Source: an uncultured bacterium (GTDB taxonomy: Bacteria; Chloroflexota; UBA5177; JANWHV01). From it: a stretch of DNA of 64,000 nt. The position numbers and the translations under genes are program-made. The DNA lies in contig CAVSOU010000010.1 in NCBI GenBank assembly GCA_963729625.1, positions 1,120,001 to 1,184,000 of the forward strand, in the 5' to 3' direction. Below, piece after piece: positions 21,039 through 31,216 of this stretch (position 1 is the first letter of the stretch; each line of letters starts with the position of its first letter). The notes beneath the pieces are model-generated. The model saw nothing but the letters and a program-made list of their open reading frames with translations. It did no database searches and was not told the origin of the DNA.

Positions 21039-22010
21039 ATGATGGCAGTACCGAAGGTCGTGGTGACCGATTACTCGTTTGCCGAGCTTGATCTGGAAAA
21101 GCAGCTTCTGGAGCCCTTGGGGTGCACGGTTGTAGGGGCTCAATGTCGAACCGACGATCAGGTCATCGAGTGTACGGCAGATGCCGACTATGTGATCACA
21201 CAATTCGCGCCGGTCACCGGTCGCGCCATTCAGGCCATGAAGAAGGCCCGCATCATCGTGCGATACGGCATCGGCGTCGACAACGTCGATCTCGCTGTCG
21301 CAAGATCGCACGGAATCCCGGTGTGCAACGTCCCAGACTACTGCATCGACGAGGTGGCGGACCATACACTGGCGCTCGTCCTGGCAATCACGCGCCAGGT
21401 CGCCCGCATTTCTAGCACTATTCAGGCCGGCGGCTGGAATCCACAGCTGCCACTTGAGGCGTATCACACACTGAAGGACATGACGACGGGCGTCGTCGGG
21501 TGCGGTCGAATCGGCCGCGAGGTCATTCGGCGCCTGGTGCCGTTCAAGACGAAGATTCTGGCATACGATCCACTCTTGACCGATGAGGCAGCCCGAGCGC
21601 TGGGCGCCGAGCGCGTGTCTCTGGAGACGCTTCTCACTACGAGCGACCTGATCTCGCTGCACTGCCCGAGCACTCCGGAGACCCAGAAGATGGTCAACGT
21701 GGCGTCCCTTGCGCGCATGAAGGACGGCGTCCTGCTGGTCAACATGGCCCGCGGTAATCTTGTCGATACTCCTGCGCTCATCGCCGCGCTGCAATCCGGC
21801 AAGGTGGCCGGGGCCGGGCTGGACGTCACGGATCCGGAACCGCTCCCCGCCGACAGCCCGCTTCGTGCGATGGGATCCGTAGTCATTACCAGCCACGTCG
21901 CCTCTGCCAGCGTCAAAGCAGTCACGACCCTCCGCACGAGCGTCGCCGACACTGTTGCCAAAGCGTTTCGCGGCGAAAAGGTGCCGAACTGCGTCAATGG
22001 CGTGGTCTAG
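21039..22010 (+). CDS. D-2-hydroxyacid dehydrogenase (CtBP-like)
   Basis: RYGIGVDNVD, NVPDYCIDEVADH, GCGRIG, NMARG, LDVTDPEP, TSH. Confidence 0.93.
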   Translation: MMAVPKVVVTDYSFAELDLEKQLLEPLGCTVVGAQCRTDDQVIECTADADYVITQFAPVTGRAIQAMKKARIIVRYGIGVDNVDLAVARSHGIPVCNVPDYCIDEVADHTLALVLAITRQVARISSTIQAGGWNPQLPLEAYHTLKDMTTGVVGCGRIGREVIRRLVPFKTKILAYDPLLTDEAARALGAERVSLETLLTTSDLISLHCPSTPETQKMVNVASLARMKDGVLLVNMARGNLVDTPALIAALQSGKVAGAGLDVTDPEPLPADSPLRAMGSVVITSHVASASVKAVTTLRTSVADTVAKAFRGEKVPNCVNGVV

Positions 22011-22160
22011 GCAGGCGCAAGCGCGAGGATTGGTTGTGGCGACCAGCCGAAGACTGTGAGCAGGAGGCGGACCCTGGCTGCCGCGGCGAGCCGCGGGTCA
22101 GGGGCGCCGCAAGTGCGATCGACAATGACGGACAGTGACGATAGAAAGGGACTGACGACG

Positions 22161-23093
22161 ATGGCGGCCAACGGCGCAGCAGCGAAGAAGGACGGCGGGT
22201 CAATAACTCTTGGAGGCGTGATTCCGCCCATGATTTCGCCTCTTGACGAGCTCCGCGAGCCCGACGCCCAAGCAATCCACGGCCTGGTAGACCATATCCT
22301 GCGCGGAGGCTGCCAGGGCTTGTTCGTGCTCGGGGGCTTTGGCGAGGGCGCCTGGCTGACCGGGTCGCAGCGCGGGGCAGTGCTCAAGGCCGCCGTCGCG
22401 GCGACTGCCGGTCGCGTCCCAGTCCTGGCGGGCGTGATGCTGCCTGGCACCGGGGCAGCATGCGAGGCAGCGAAACAGGCCGAGGCGGAAGGTGCCGATG
22501 TCCTGGTCGCCGGCTCACCGTATTACTTCGGCGTAGCCGGTGACGATCAACGCCGGCATATCGAGACGATCCTGAGTACCTGCTCTCTGCCAATCGTGCT
22601 CTACAACATCCCGCAGTGTACGCACAACGCTATTTTGCCTGAGACTGTAGCCCTGCTCGCCCGCGACTCACGCGTGATCGGTGTCAAGGACTCGGCAGCG
22701 GACCCGGAAGCATTTCAGCGCCTCTTGGCCATTAAGGATGAGCGACCCAGTTTCCGGGTGTTGCAAGGAAGTGGCCTGATGATCACAGAGACGCCGCCAC
22801 CCGTGGGCGACGGCCTCGTCGCCGGTCTGGCCAATATTGCTCCACACCTCTTCGTGGATTTGTTCGAAGCGACGAAGGCCGGCGACCTGGAGAAAGTCAT
22901 CCATCTGCAGGAGCAGGCCAGGCATCTGGCGCAGCTGGAACAGTTCGGGCACTTCCTCCTGGGCGTGAAGCTGGCGATCGCCGCTCTGGGTTTCGGAAGT
23001 GGCACGCCTGCGTTGCCCCTTACAAGGCCCGATGCTGCAACGCAGCGCGCGGTCGCGGCAATCGTCTCTCGGCATCAGCTGGTTGTAGCCTAG
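22161..23093 (+). CDS. DapA/NAL-family class I aldolase (#2, paralog of #1)
   Basis: GVIPPMISP, VLYNIPQCT, GVKDS. Confidence 0.9.
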   Translation: MAANGAAAKKDGGSITLGGVIPPMISPLDELREPDAQAIHGLVDHILRGGCQGLFVLGGFGEGAWLTGSQRGAVLKAAVAATAGRVPVLAGVMLPGTGAACEAAKQAEAEGADVLVAGSPYYFGVAGDDQRRHIETILSTCSLPIVLYNIPQCTHNAILPETVALLARDSRVIGVKDSAADPEAFQRLLAIKDERPSFRVLQGSGLMITETPPPVGDGLVAGLANIAPHLFVDLFEATKAGDLEKVIHLQEQARHLAQLEQFGHFLLGVKLAIAALGFGSGTPALPLTRPDAATQRAVAAIVSRHQLVVA

Positions 23094-23200
23094 CAACAAG
23101 AGAGCACGAGGTAGGTGCCAAGCATGCGCCGTCGCCGACGCGAGGCGCATGTTTGGCCCAATGGCAACGGAGCCAGCGCTGAGGTGTGACGGGAAAAGGA

Positions 23201-23229
23201 TTGACACTCGCTGAGCCAACTAGACCTTG
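23201..23229 (+). promoter_or_regulatory. Possible sigma70 -35 box (TTGACA) ahead of the Zn-dehydrogenase gene
   Basis: TTGACA at 23201; the -10 box is weak; an AAGGAGG RBS follows. Confidence 0.3.
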
Positions 23230-23243
23230 AAAAGGAGGGCTTG

Positions 23244-24269
23244 ATGCGGTCACTTGTCAACGTCGCGCCGGGAACAGTCGAGCTGCAGCAACGGCCGATT
23301 CCCACGCCCGGCACTGGAGAAGTGCTGCTGAAGGTGCGCGCGGTTGCCGTATGCGGAAGCGACCTGCACCAGTGGCGAGGCAAACAGTCGTGGAAGGTCA
23401 ACTGGCCGGTAACACTCGGACATGAGTTCTGCGGGGAGATAGCGGAGCTCGGATCCGGCGTGCAGGGCTGGAGTGCAGGCGACCGTGTCGTCTCCGAGAC
23501 TGCGGCCCGGATCTGCGGCGTGTGCCCCATGTGCCGGACCGGCCATTACAATTTGTGCCCTTCTCGGCTCGGTTTCGGATACGGCCTCGACGGCGCTGCT
23601 GCTGACTACGTGGCTGTTCGAGCCGGAGTGCTGCACCACGTACCTGCCAACCTCTCATGGGAGGTTGCCGCGTTGACCGAGCCCTGCTCCGTCGCGATAA
23701 GCGCGGTTCTGGAACAGTCATCGCCTCGCCCAGGAGACGTCGGCGTGGTTATCGGGCCGGGGCCGATTGGCCTGCTCGCCACGGCCGTGATTGCCAATAC
23801 ACATCCCGCCCATCTGCTCGTGATCGGACTTGCGCGGGACGAGCCCCGCCTGGAGATCGCCCGGGCCTTTGGCGCGTCAAAGGTGTCCATGGCAGACCAC
23901 GAGAATCCCGTGGACACTATTCGTGAAATGGGAGACGGGCTTGGCGCTCACCTCGTGATCGACGCGGCGGGCGTCTCCGCCACCCTTCGGACGGCACTCG
24001 ATCTGGTGCGGCCTGCCGGCCAGATCACGAAAGTCGGCTGGGGGCGAGAGCCGCTCAACTTCTCGCTCGATCCGCTTGTCGCCAAAGCGGCCCGTCTGCA
24101 AGGGTCGTATAGTCATACGTGGGCAACCTGGGAACGCGCACTGACGATGCTCGGGAACGGATCACTGGATGTGCAGCGGCTCGTGACTACCTACTCGTTG
24201 GAGGCGTGGCAAGCGGCGTTCGACGACATGGAAAGCGGCCGGGTCGCCAAGGCCGTATTGATTCCGTAA
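23244..24269 (+). CDS. Zinc-dependent alcohol/polyol dehydrogenase (MDR)
   Basis: VCGSD, GHE, CGVCPMC...C structural Zn site, EP, GPGPIG. Confidence 0.95.
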   Translation: MRSLVNVAPGTVELQQRPIPTPGTGEVLLKVRAVAVCGSDLHQWRGKQSWKVNWPVTLGHEFCGEIAELGSGVQGWSAGDRVVSETAARICGVCPMCRTGHYNLCPSRLGFGYGLDGAAADYVAVRAGVLHHVPANLSWEVAALTEPCSVAISAVLEQSSPRPGDVGVVIGPGPIGLLATAVIANTHPAHLLVIGLARDEPRLEIARAFGASKVSMADHENPVDTIREMGDGLGAHLVIDAAGVSATLRTALDLVRPAGQITKVGWGREPLNFSLDPLVAKAARLQGSYSHTWATWERALTMLGNGSLDVQRLVTTYSLEAWQAAFDDMESGRVAKAVLIP

Positions 24270-24314
24270 CGTGCTGCTCGAGCCATTGGCTCGACACTGT
24301 GGAGGTGACGCCAG

Positions 24315-25109
24315 ATGGGACGGATGATCGGCAAAGTGGCCGTTGTAACAGGCGCGGCGCGAGGAATCGGGCGCGGTGTTGCCGTTCGACTTGCTCAGGA
24401 AGGAGCGCGAGTCGTCGTTGCCGACGTGCAAGATGAACTGGGTCGGTCCGTAGTGGCGACTATTCAGGCATCAGGACACGAAGCGGTGTATTGCCATGCC
24501 GACGTGGTTTCGGAGGAGCAGTGCGCCGCCTTGATCGAGTCGGCCGTCTCGAGCTACGGGCGCCTTGACGTGCTCGTGAACAGTGCAGGCCGCATGTCGC
24601 GCGGCACCCTGGAAGGCACGTCGACCGACCTGTGGGAGGACATTATCAAGGTCGACCTTCGTGGGGCCTTCTACTGCTGCAAATACGCTGTACCTCAAAT
24701 GCGTCGAAGCGGCGGTGGCAGCATCGTCAATATCGGTTCGATCGCCGGTGTTCAAGGGCTGCCCAACATGGTTGCCTATGCAAGCGCCAAGGGCGGCCTG
24801 CTCACGCTCACGCGTACCCTGGCTGGGGCGTTTGTACGAGACCACATCCGAGTCAACTACGTGATCCCCGGTTGGGTGCTGACGGAGGGCGAGCTCGAGT
24901 TGCAGCACGGCAACGGAGTCACCGACGAAGCGCTCAGCGCGGTCGCAGCCACGATGCCGACGGGCCGCCACCAGACCGTCGAGGATACTGCCAATGCCGT
25001 GGTCTACTTGACATCCGACGAATCCACGCAGCTCACGGGCACCGTGCTGCACCTCGACGCAGGCGCTTCGGAGCTTCCGGTACAACCGACTGCGTCCTAC
25101 ACGGCTTAG
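24315..25109 (+). CDS. SDR family oxidoreductase
   Basis: TGAARGIG, NSAG, YASAK. Confidence 0.95.
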   Translation: MGRMIGKVAVVTGAARGIGRGVAVRLAQEGARVVVADVQDELGRSVVATIQASGHEAVYCHADVVSEEQCAALIESAVSSYGRLDVLVNSAGRMSRGTLEGTSTDLWEDIIKVDLRGAFYCCKYAVPQMRRSGGGSIVNIGSIAGVQGLPNMVAYASAKGGLLTLTRTLAGAFVRDHIRVNYVIPGWVLTEGELELQHGNGVTDEALSAVAATMPTGRHQTVEDTANAVVYLTSDESTQLTGTVLHLDAGASELPVQPTASYTA

Positions 25110-25151
25110 CGCCGGTTATGCGCTTGTTGAAACAGGAATAGGAGTGAGGGT

Positions 25152-26096
25152 ATGGCTCTGGGGCCTTCGTCCAAGATTTCGGCGTTCCCGAAGTGCTTCA
25201 TGGATGCGCTCTGCGTCACAGGGACCATGACCGTCACGGAATGGATCGAGATGGCCTCCACCTTGGGGGTCGATGGTCTCGAGATGTACCCGGGTTTCTT
25301 CACCTCACTCGACCACGAGTACCTGGGATCCGTGCTTGCGGCGCTCAGGCAGCACAGGTTTGTGATGCCGATGCTGTGTGCATCTCCTGACTTCACCACA
25401 CCCGTCAAGGCCGACCGCGATGCGGAGGTTGCGCGCATGCGCGAGATGATCGACCTTGTGGCATTCTTCGACGCGCCGGCGCCGAGAACCTGCCGGGTGC
25501 TCTCGGGCCAACGCCGCCCGGAGATCTCTGAGGATGACGGCGTGGCAATGGTGGTCGAGGCGATCGAGTCGTTGCTGCCGCACGCCGCGAGTCGCGGTGT
25601 CATCCTGGTGATCGAGAACCATTACAAGGACAACTACTGGACGTATCCCGAGTTTGCCCAACATCTGCCGGTCTTTCGCCGGATCGTGGAGGCGGTGGAC
25701 TCGCCCTGGTTCGGCGTCAACTTCGATCCCTCGAACGCGATATTGGCCGGGGACGATCCCTTGGTCGTGCTCGACGCGGTGAAGCATCGCGTCGTCTGCA
25801 TGCACGCCAGCGACCGGGGTCTGGTGCCCGGGCACACCCTGGAGGAGCTTCGCACGTTGGAGGACACGGTGGGTTATGCCTCGATCCTTCACCATGGCGA
25901 AATTGGCACCGGGCTCAACGACTATCCTGCGATCTTCCGCGTGCTTCAAGGTGTCGGATTCGACGGATGGATCTCGATAGAGGACGGGATGAATGGCCTG
26001 GACGAGATCCGGCGGTCGGTGGAGTTCCTGCGTGCCACGCTGGCAGACTACTCAGTCCCAGTGCCAAAGTCGGCTTCGAAAGGCAGTGTCTCTTAG
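25152..26096 (+). CDS. Sugar phosphate isomerase/epimerase (AP_endonuc_2 TIM barrel, IolH-like)
   Basis: IENHYKD, NFDPSN, MHASD, IGTG..DY, WISIED metal ligands. Confidence 0.9.
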   Translation: MALGPSSKISAFPKCFMDALCVTGTMTVTEWIEMASTLGVDGLEMYPGFFTSLDHEYLGSVLAALRQHRFVMPMLCASPDFTTPVKADRDAEVARMREMIDLVAFFDAPAPRTCRVLSGQRRPEISEDDGVAMVVEAIESLLPHAASRGVILVIENHYKDNYWTYPEFAQHLPVFRRIVEAVDSPWFGVNFDPSNAILAGDDPLVVLDAVKHRVVCMHASDRGLVPGHTLEELRTLEDTVGYASILHHGEIGTGLNDYPAIFRVLQGVGFDGWISIEDGMNGLDEIRRSVEFLRATLADYSVPVPKSASKGSVS

Positions 26097-26252
26097 CTGC
26101 GGCAGCTTGCTGTGGCCCAGCGGTCAAGGACCCTGCATCAGGTCAGGCGCACGCGTGCACTCGGCACAACCCACGCCGGTCGATGTCGTCGCTCGGCAAT
26201 GGCGAGCTACGTTGGCAACCCGACGCGGCCCTTGGCAAGGAGCGCGTCCCAT

Positions 26253-27527
26253 TCACCCGCAGGGATAGTCGCGATAGTCGGCGATCGCCTGGCAAAGGGC
26301 CATCAGGTTGCCCACCGGGATTCGTGCCTGCACATTATGAATCGTCGCGAATACAAAGCCTCCTCCAGGCCCCAAGATTCGCATACGCTCGCGCACCATG
26401 GCGCGAACCTGCTCGGGGGTGCCGAAGGGCAATACGTGCTGCGTGTCGATCCCGCCGCCCCAGAAGGTGATCTGCTCGCCATACTTCTGCTTCAGCGCCA
26501 CAGGGTCCATGTTCGCGGCGGACGTCTGCACCGGGTTGAGAATGTCGAAGCCGGTGTCGACAATGTCGTCCATCAGTCGCCAGATTGACCCGCATGAGTG
26601 CAAGAGCACTTTCCACATGGTGTGCTCGTGAATCCACGCCGTCATGCGCATGAACAACGGCTTGTACAGCTCGCGATAATCCTTCGGCGAGATGAGTGGT
26701 CCGTTCTGCGCGCCGAGATCGGTGCACGTGATCTGAGCGACCGTCAGTCTGTCTCCAACCACTGCGTGGATCCTGGCCAGATTCTGAATACCGCGCTCAC
26801 ATTGACGATCAAAGAGGTCATACAGATAGGAGCGGCGTGTGTGATGGCTGACATAATACTCTTCCACATCACGGATACCTCGTGGGTGCGGAAGGTCGAC
26901 ACCCGGAACTTCTCCAACATGCCCGAGCGCCGTGAATGGGAAATAGCAGAGCACAGCCTTGCCACTGGCCGCGAGCCGATCGATCTCCTGGCCCATATAC
27001 GCCAGGTCCTCCCTGGAAATAGGCGGGTACTGCTCGAGGTTGTCTTCCACGTCGAGACGTTCGTCGTCAATAGGGTCCTGCCGAGTGATCGCATCGAAAA
27101 AGCATTCGCCAGCGGGCATCCGAGCGCTGGCCGGCGCCGACAGATCCCCACGCGGGTATTGCAGCAGATCGCCGTTCGCCTCGGGCACCGTGTTGAAGCG
27201 GCCGGGGACGAGTACCGGCGTCCCGGTCGGCGTCGTCCACTGCTTCCAGTCGACATTCTTGAAGCCCAGGTTCGTTCTTGGCGGGAACAGCCTCACCACG
27301 TCCACGCCCAGCACGTCCTGAAGGTCAGGCGCGATTTCGCCGAGCATTTGCAAGGGGTCGACCACGCGAACCGGCGTGCCCGGACGATCGAGCGCCAGAG
27401 CTTGCCTGAGCGCGTACACTGAGTCCACGTGCATCCCGGTAGCACCTGTAGCACCCAGGTCGAGCGGCACTCTGTCGGCTTCACGGTGCTCGAGTGACAG
27501 CATGACGCGCTCGAGTGAGGTGACCAT
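26253..27527 (-). CDS. URO-D/MtaA family protein (#5, close paralog of #1)
   Basis: DRVPLDLG, TGMHV, HSCGSIWRL, TFWGGGIDTQHVLPFGTP, IHNVQ; GGAG RBS before the ATG at 27527. Confidence 0.9.
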   Translation of the reverse strand: MVTSLERVMLSLEHREADRVPLDLGATGATGMHVDSVYALRQALALDRPGTPVRVVDPLQMLGEIAPDLQDVLGVDVVRLFPPRTNLGFKNVDWKQWTTPTGTPVLVPGRFNTVPEANGDLLQYPRGDLSAPASARMPAGECFFDAITRQDPIDDERLDVEDNLEQYPPISREDLAYMGQEIDRLAASGKAVLCYFPFTALGHVGEVPGVDLPHPRGIRDVEEYYVSHHTRRSYLYDLFDRQCERGIQNLARIHAVVGDRLTVAQITCTDLGAQNGPLISPKDYRELYKPLFMRMTAWIHEHTMWKVLLHSCGSIWRLMDDIVDTGFDILNPVQTSAANMDPVALKQKYGEQITFWGGGIDTQHVLPFGTPEQVRAMVRERMRILGPGGGFVFATIHNVQARIPVGNLMALCQAIADYRDYPCG

Positions 27528-27559
27528 CGATGACGACTCCTTCGAACAAAGGGCTTTGC

Positions 27560-27745
27560 CTGTCGACACCCGCGCCCCAGAATGTCAATCGCCCGCCGTA
27601 GCCTCCGCTTGAGCGCGGAGGGATCCATGTTGCCCGCAGGGGTCTGCACCGGATTGACGACGTCGAAGCCGGCTTCGACGATGTCGTCGAGCAATCGCCA
27701 GATCGAGCCACATGAGTGCATGAACGCCTGCCACGGCGTGCCCAA
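27560..27745 (-). pseudogene. Relic C-terminal fragment of another URO-D paralog
   Basis: WQAFMHSCGSIWRLLDDIVEAGFDVVNPVQT, then after a frameshift YGGRLTFWGAGVD. Confidence 0.85.
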
Positions 27746-27792
27746 ACTCTTGCGCCAGACCCAGCTAGTGTAGCATCGGCGCGACGAGCACT

Positions 27793-27829
27793 GTCAACAG
27801 TTGACCATGGGCGGAGACCGTCCTATGAT
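27793..27829 (+). promoter_or_regulatory. Operator GTCAACAGTTGAC overlapping promoter TTGACC-17-TATGAT of dhaKL
   Basis: Motif at 27793-27805; -10 at 27824. Confidence 0.75.
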
Positions 27830-27944
27830 AAATGGCGATGTCCATCCTGGCTCGGAGGCGCCCAGGGTCACACTCCAGGGTGGATGCGGCGGGATGGTTG
27901 CGTTCTGCGGATTCGGCAGTGATGCCGGTAGGGAGAGCTGAATC

Positions 27945-28949
27945 ATGAAGAAGATCATTAACGAACCCATGGCGGTTGTCGACGAGATGCTCCAGGGCTT
28001 GTTGCTCGCGCACCCCAGCTCACTCCGTGCTGCCGGAACTCCGCGCGCGATAGTGCGTGCCGACGCCCCGCTCAAGGGAAAGGTAGCTTTGGCCACGGGG
28101 GGCGGCTCGGGCCACCTTCCGGTGTTCCTCGGCTATGTCGGCAAGGGCCTGCTTGACGGATGCGCTGTCGGCAATGTCTTTGCCTCGCCGAGCGCGGAAG
28201 TGATGCTCGATGTCACGAAAGCGATCGATGGCGGTAAGGGCGTGCTGTACATTTACGGCAACTATGGCGGCGATGTGATGAACTTTGACATGGCCGCCGA
28301 GATGGCTTCCCTGGAGGACATCGAAGTGCGAACCGTGTTGGTGGCCGACGACGTCGCTTCTGCGCCGCCCGGCGACGCACGGAGACGGCGCGGCGTGGCA
28401 GGCATGGTTTTTGCCTTCAAGGTCGCCGGCGCCTGCGCCGCGGCCGAACGTTCTCTCGATGAAGTGGAACGGGTGACACGCCACGCACTCGCCAGCACGC
28501 GTACAATGGGTGTCGCCCTGTGGCCCTGCACTATTCCTGCCGCCGGCGTCCCCACCTTCACTATCGGAGACGACGAGATGGAGATCGGTATGGGCATCCA
28601 CGGTGAGCCGGGCGTGCGCCGAGGCAAGCTCGAGCCCGCTGACTCCATCGCCGATCGACTGTTTGACGCCACCGCAGCCGAGCTTGCGCTCGACAATGGC
28701 AGCCGTGTGGCCGTAATGGTCAACGGTCTCGGCGCCACGCCGCCCGAAGAACTGTATATCCTCTATCGAAGGGTCCACCAGCGACTTGCGCAGGCAGGCG
28801 TCGGCGTCCACCGTGCCTACGTCGGTGAGTTCGCGACTTCCATGGAAATGGGCGGAGCGTCGGTCACGCTGTTGCGATTGGACGACGAGCTTACCCACTG
28901 GCTTGACGTACCGGCTGAGTCGCCATTCTTCATCCAGAATGCGCGTTGA
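27945..28949 (+). CDS. dhaK: Dihydroxyacetone kinase family, DhaK subunit
   Basis: [46 protein letters not shown]. Confidence 0.93.
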   Translation: MKKIINEPMAVVDEMLQGLLLAHPSSLRAAGTPRAIVRADAPLKGKVALATGGGSGHLPVFLGYVGKGLLDGCAVGNVFASPSAEVMLDVTKAIDGGKGVLYIYGNYGGDVMNFDMAAEMASLEDIEVRTVLVADDVASAPPGDARRRRGVAGMVFAFKVAGACAAAERSLDEVERVTRHALASTRTMGVALWPCTIPAAGVPTFTIGDDEMEIGMGIHGEPGVRRGKLEPADSIADRLFDATAAELALDNGSRVAVMVNGLGATPPEELYILYRRVHQRLAQAGVGVHRAYVGEFATSMEMGGASVTLLRLDDELTHWLDVPAESPFFIQNAR

Positions 28950-28979
28950 GCGAGGCAGCGGCCTGAAGGAGGAATCGCA

Positions 28980-29630
28980 GTGAACGAGACGCTCTCCCCT
29001 GCCCAGATCCGTGACGCTATCGCCGCGATGGCCGTGGCGCTTATCGCCCACGCCGATGAGCTCAATGCCCTCGACGCGGCTCTTGGCGATGGCGACCTTG
29101 GGATCACGATGCGCCTCGGTTGCCAGGCGGTGCTCGACGATCTGGCGGGGCAGGCGGACGCAGATGTCTCGGTGACCTGCACACGCTCAGGCATGGCGTT
29201 CAACCGGACAGCAGCCTCCACCATGGGGGCCCTGATCGCCACTGCCGGCATGCGTGCCGGGAAAGAGGCAAAGGGCGCCGGCGCCATCGACCTTGCCCTT
29301 CTGGCACGCATGGTGACAGCGTGTGAAGCCGGCATACGCGAGCGAGGCAAGGCACAACTGGGTGACAAGACGCTTCTTGACGCGCTAATCCCGGCCGCGG
29401 AAGCGTTGCAGCAGGCGGCCGCTGAGGGGGTCGGGTTCACGGAGGCAGGACGGCGTGCGCTCCTGGCGGCGCGACAGGGCTGCGCGGCGACGATTCCCAT
29501 GCGCGCAAAGGTTGGCCGCGCTAACTGGGTGGGCGACCGCACTGTCGGCCATGTGGACGCCGGAGCGACCGCGCTGGTGACTGCAGTGGCTGCACTCGTC
29601 GAGCCAGAGGTGGGCGCTCCGCCAGCGTAA
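28980..29630 (+). CDS. dhaL: Dihydroxyacetone kinase family, DhaL subunit
   Basis: [36 protein letters not shown]. Confidence 0.92.
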   Translation: MNETLSPAQIRDAIAAMAVALIAHADELNALDAALGDGDLGITMRLGCQAVLDDLAGQADADVSVTCTRSGMAFNRTAASTMGALIATAGMRAGKEAKGAGAIDLALLARMVTACEAGIRERGKAQLGDKTLLDALIPAAEALQQAAAEGVGFTEAGRRALLAARQGCAATIPMRAKVGRANWVGDRTVGHVDAGATALVTAVAALVEPEVGAPPA

Positions 29631-29734
29631 AGCGGCCGAAGGCTCGACCGGCGGTTAAGGGGTTAAGGGGCGCCGTTATCGGTGCCGGAGGTCATGGAGA
29701 CACCTATCGGCGCCCCGTGAGCCGAAGGCCGGTG

Positions 29735-30882
29735 TCACTCGCACCGGAGAGGATAGCGCCCAGCGGTGTTGGCTTCGTCGAGCATAGCGTGCACGTTCTC
29801 CACCGGGACGTCCGGCTGGATGCAGTGCACGGCTGCCAGAATGTAGCCGCCACCCTGTCCCAGGTCGCAGATTCGTCGGCGCACCTCGCGGCGCACGTCC
29901 TCAGGCGTGCCGAAAGGAAGGACGGTTTGCGTGTCAATGGCGCCGCAGAAGGAGAGCTTGTCGCCAAACTGCCGTTTCAGGCGGGCGGTGTCGCCCATTT
30001 GGCGCGCCGATACTTGCACCGGGTTGAGCAGATCCACGCCGATGTCGATGAAGTCGCCGATCAATGGGAACACATTGCCGTCGGAATGGTAGAAGATCTT
30101 GGCGTCCGTCTTCTGCTTGATGGCAGCGATCAGGCGGGCATGATGGGGCTTGATCAGCGCGCGGTACAGGCTCGGAGAAATCAGCGGCCCATGCTGGCTG
30201 GCCTGGTCGTCGGCCATGACCAGCACGTCAACGTACTCGCCCCACTTCGTCCAAGGAGTGCCTCAACGCCGGCAAGCATCAGGTCCGTGACCAATCCAAG
30301 CAGCGCGCGAGCGAACTCGAGGTTCTCGACAAGATCCACGAGCCATGTGTCGAGGCCGCGCAAACCCCAGATCTGCTCGATGGGATTCACGCCGCTTAGC
30401 GCTACCACCGCGAAGCCCTGCCGGCGCACGGCGTCTGCTTCCGCGGCCAGGCCTGCGAAACGACTGGCGTGGGCAAGGTCGGGCCAGGGGTACGGCGCAA
30501 GATCGCTCAGCGTGGCGCGGCGTAATGGACAATCGGCGATCTCGTAGTAGAGCGTCCCCGGCTTCATCCGCCATGTCGTGCCCCATTCGTCCACCAATGT
30601 GTGTTGATCGATCTCCTGGCGCAGCGTGGAGGGCGCAGGGCCCGGCAGGAGTGGTCTGCCGTCGACCCCGTAGCGGAGCATGACTTCTTCATCCAATCGG
30701 GCGTACTGCATGGTCCTGGAGAGCAGCCTGGGCGCGCTCCTGACGCCAAGATAGTCCGCGAAGCGCGCGTAGCCGGGGACCAGCATCGTGGTGGCGCCAG
30801 TCGTGCCAAAGAAGATGGGCACGCGATCCGGCTCTTCATGATTCAGTGCACACAGCACTCGCTCTCGCGGTGTCATGGCCAT
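29735..30882 (-). pseudogene. URO-D/MtaA family protein (#6), frameshifted near 30245
   Basis: The N-half (MTPRERVLCALNHEEPDRVP...DEWG) and C-half (DDQASQHGPLISP, HSDG, LNPVQ, LAAVHCIQ) lie in different frames. Confidence 0.85.
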
Positions 30883-31102
30883 AGCGTCCTCCTCCATACG
30901 GCGCGAGGGAGGGAAACGTCCACCGTGCCAGTGCCACACCCATCAACACTGATGCCTCGTTGATGGCGATCGGGATAGTCGTCCTGGCGGTTCGCCCAGT
31001 ACGTCTGCCAGGTCACCTGTCCTGGCGCGAACCGCATCGGGTTCCTCCCCTGGCGGAACGCGATCGGCAGCTGAAACGGCCATCGATCGAACAGCATAAC
31101 CG

Positions 31103-31125
31103 GTCAACTGTCAGTAGTATACAAT
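31103..31125. promoter_or_regulatory. Extended operator (three half-sites) between the divergent URO-D #6 and gntR genes
   Basis: GTCAAC-T-GTCAGT-A-GTATAC; TACAAT on + and TATACT on - are -10-like. Confidence 0.6.
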
Positions 31126-31216
31126 GATGATCGGATCTGGCACATAGGGTGCGGGAGCGACGAGTTACCCTCGGGCGTCGACGCGTTCAGATGTGTGAAA
31201 CGGAGGTACGCGAAGG

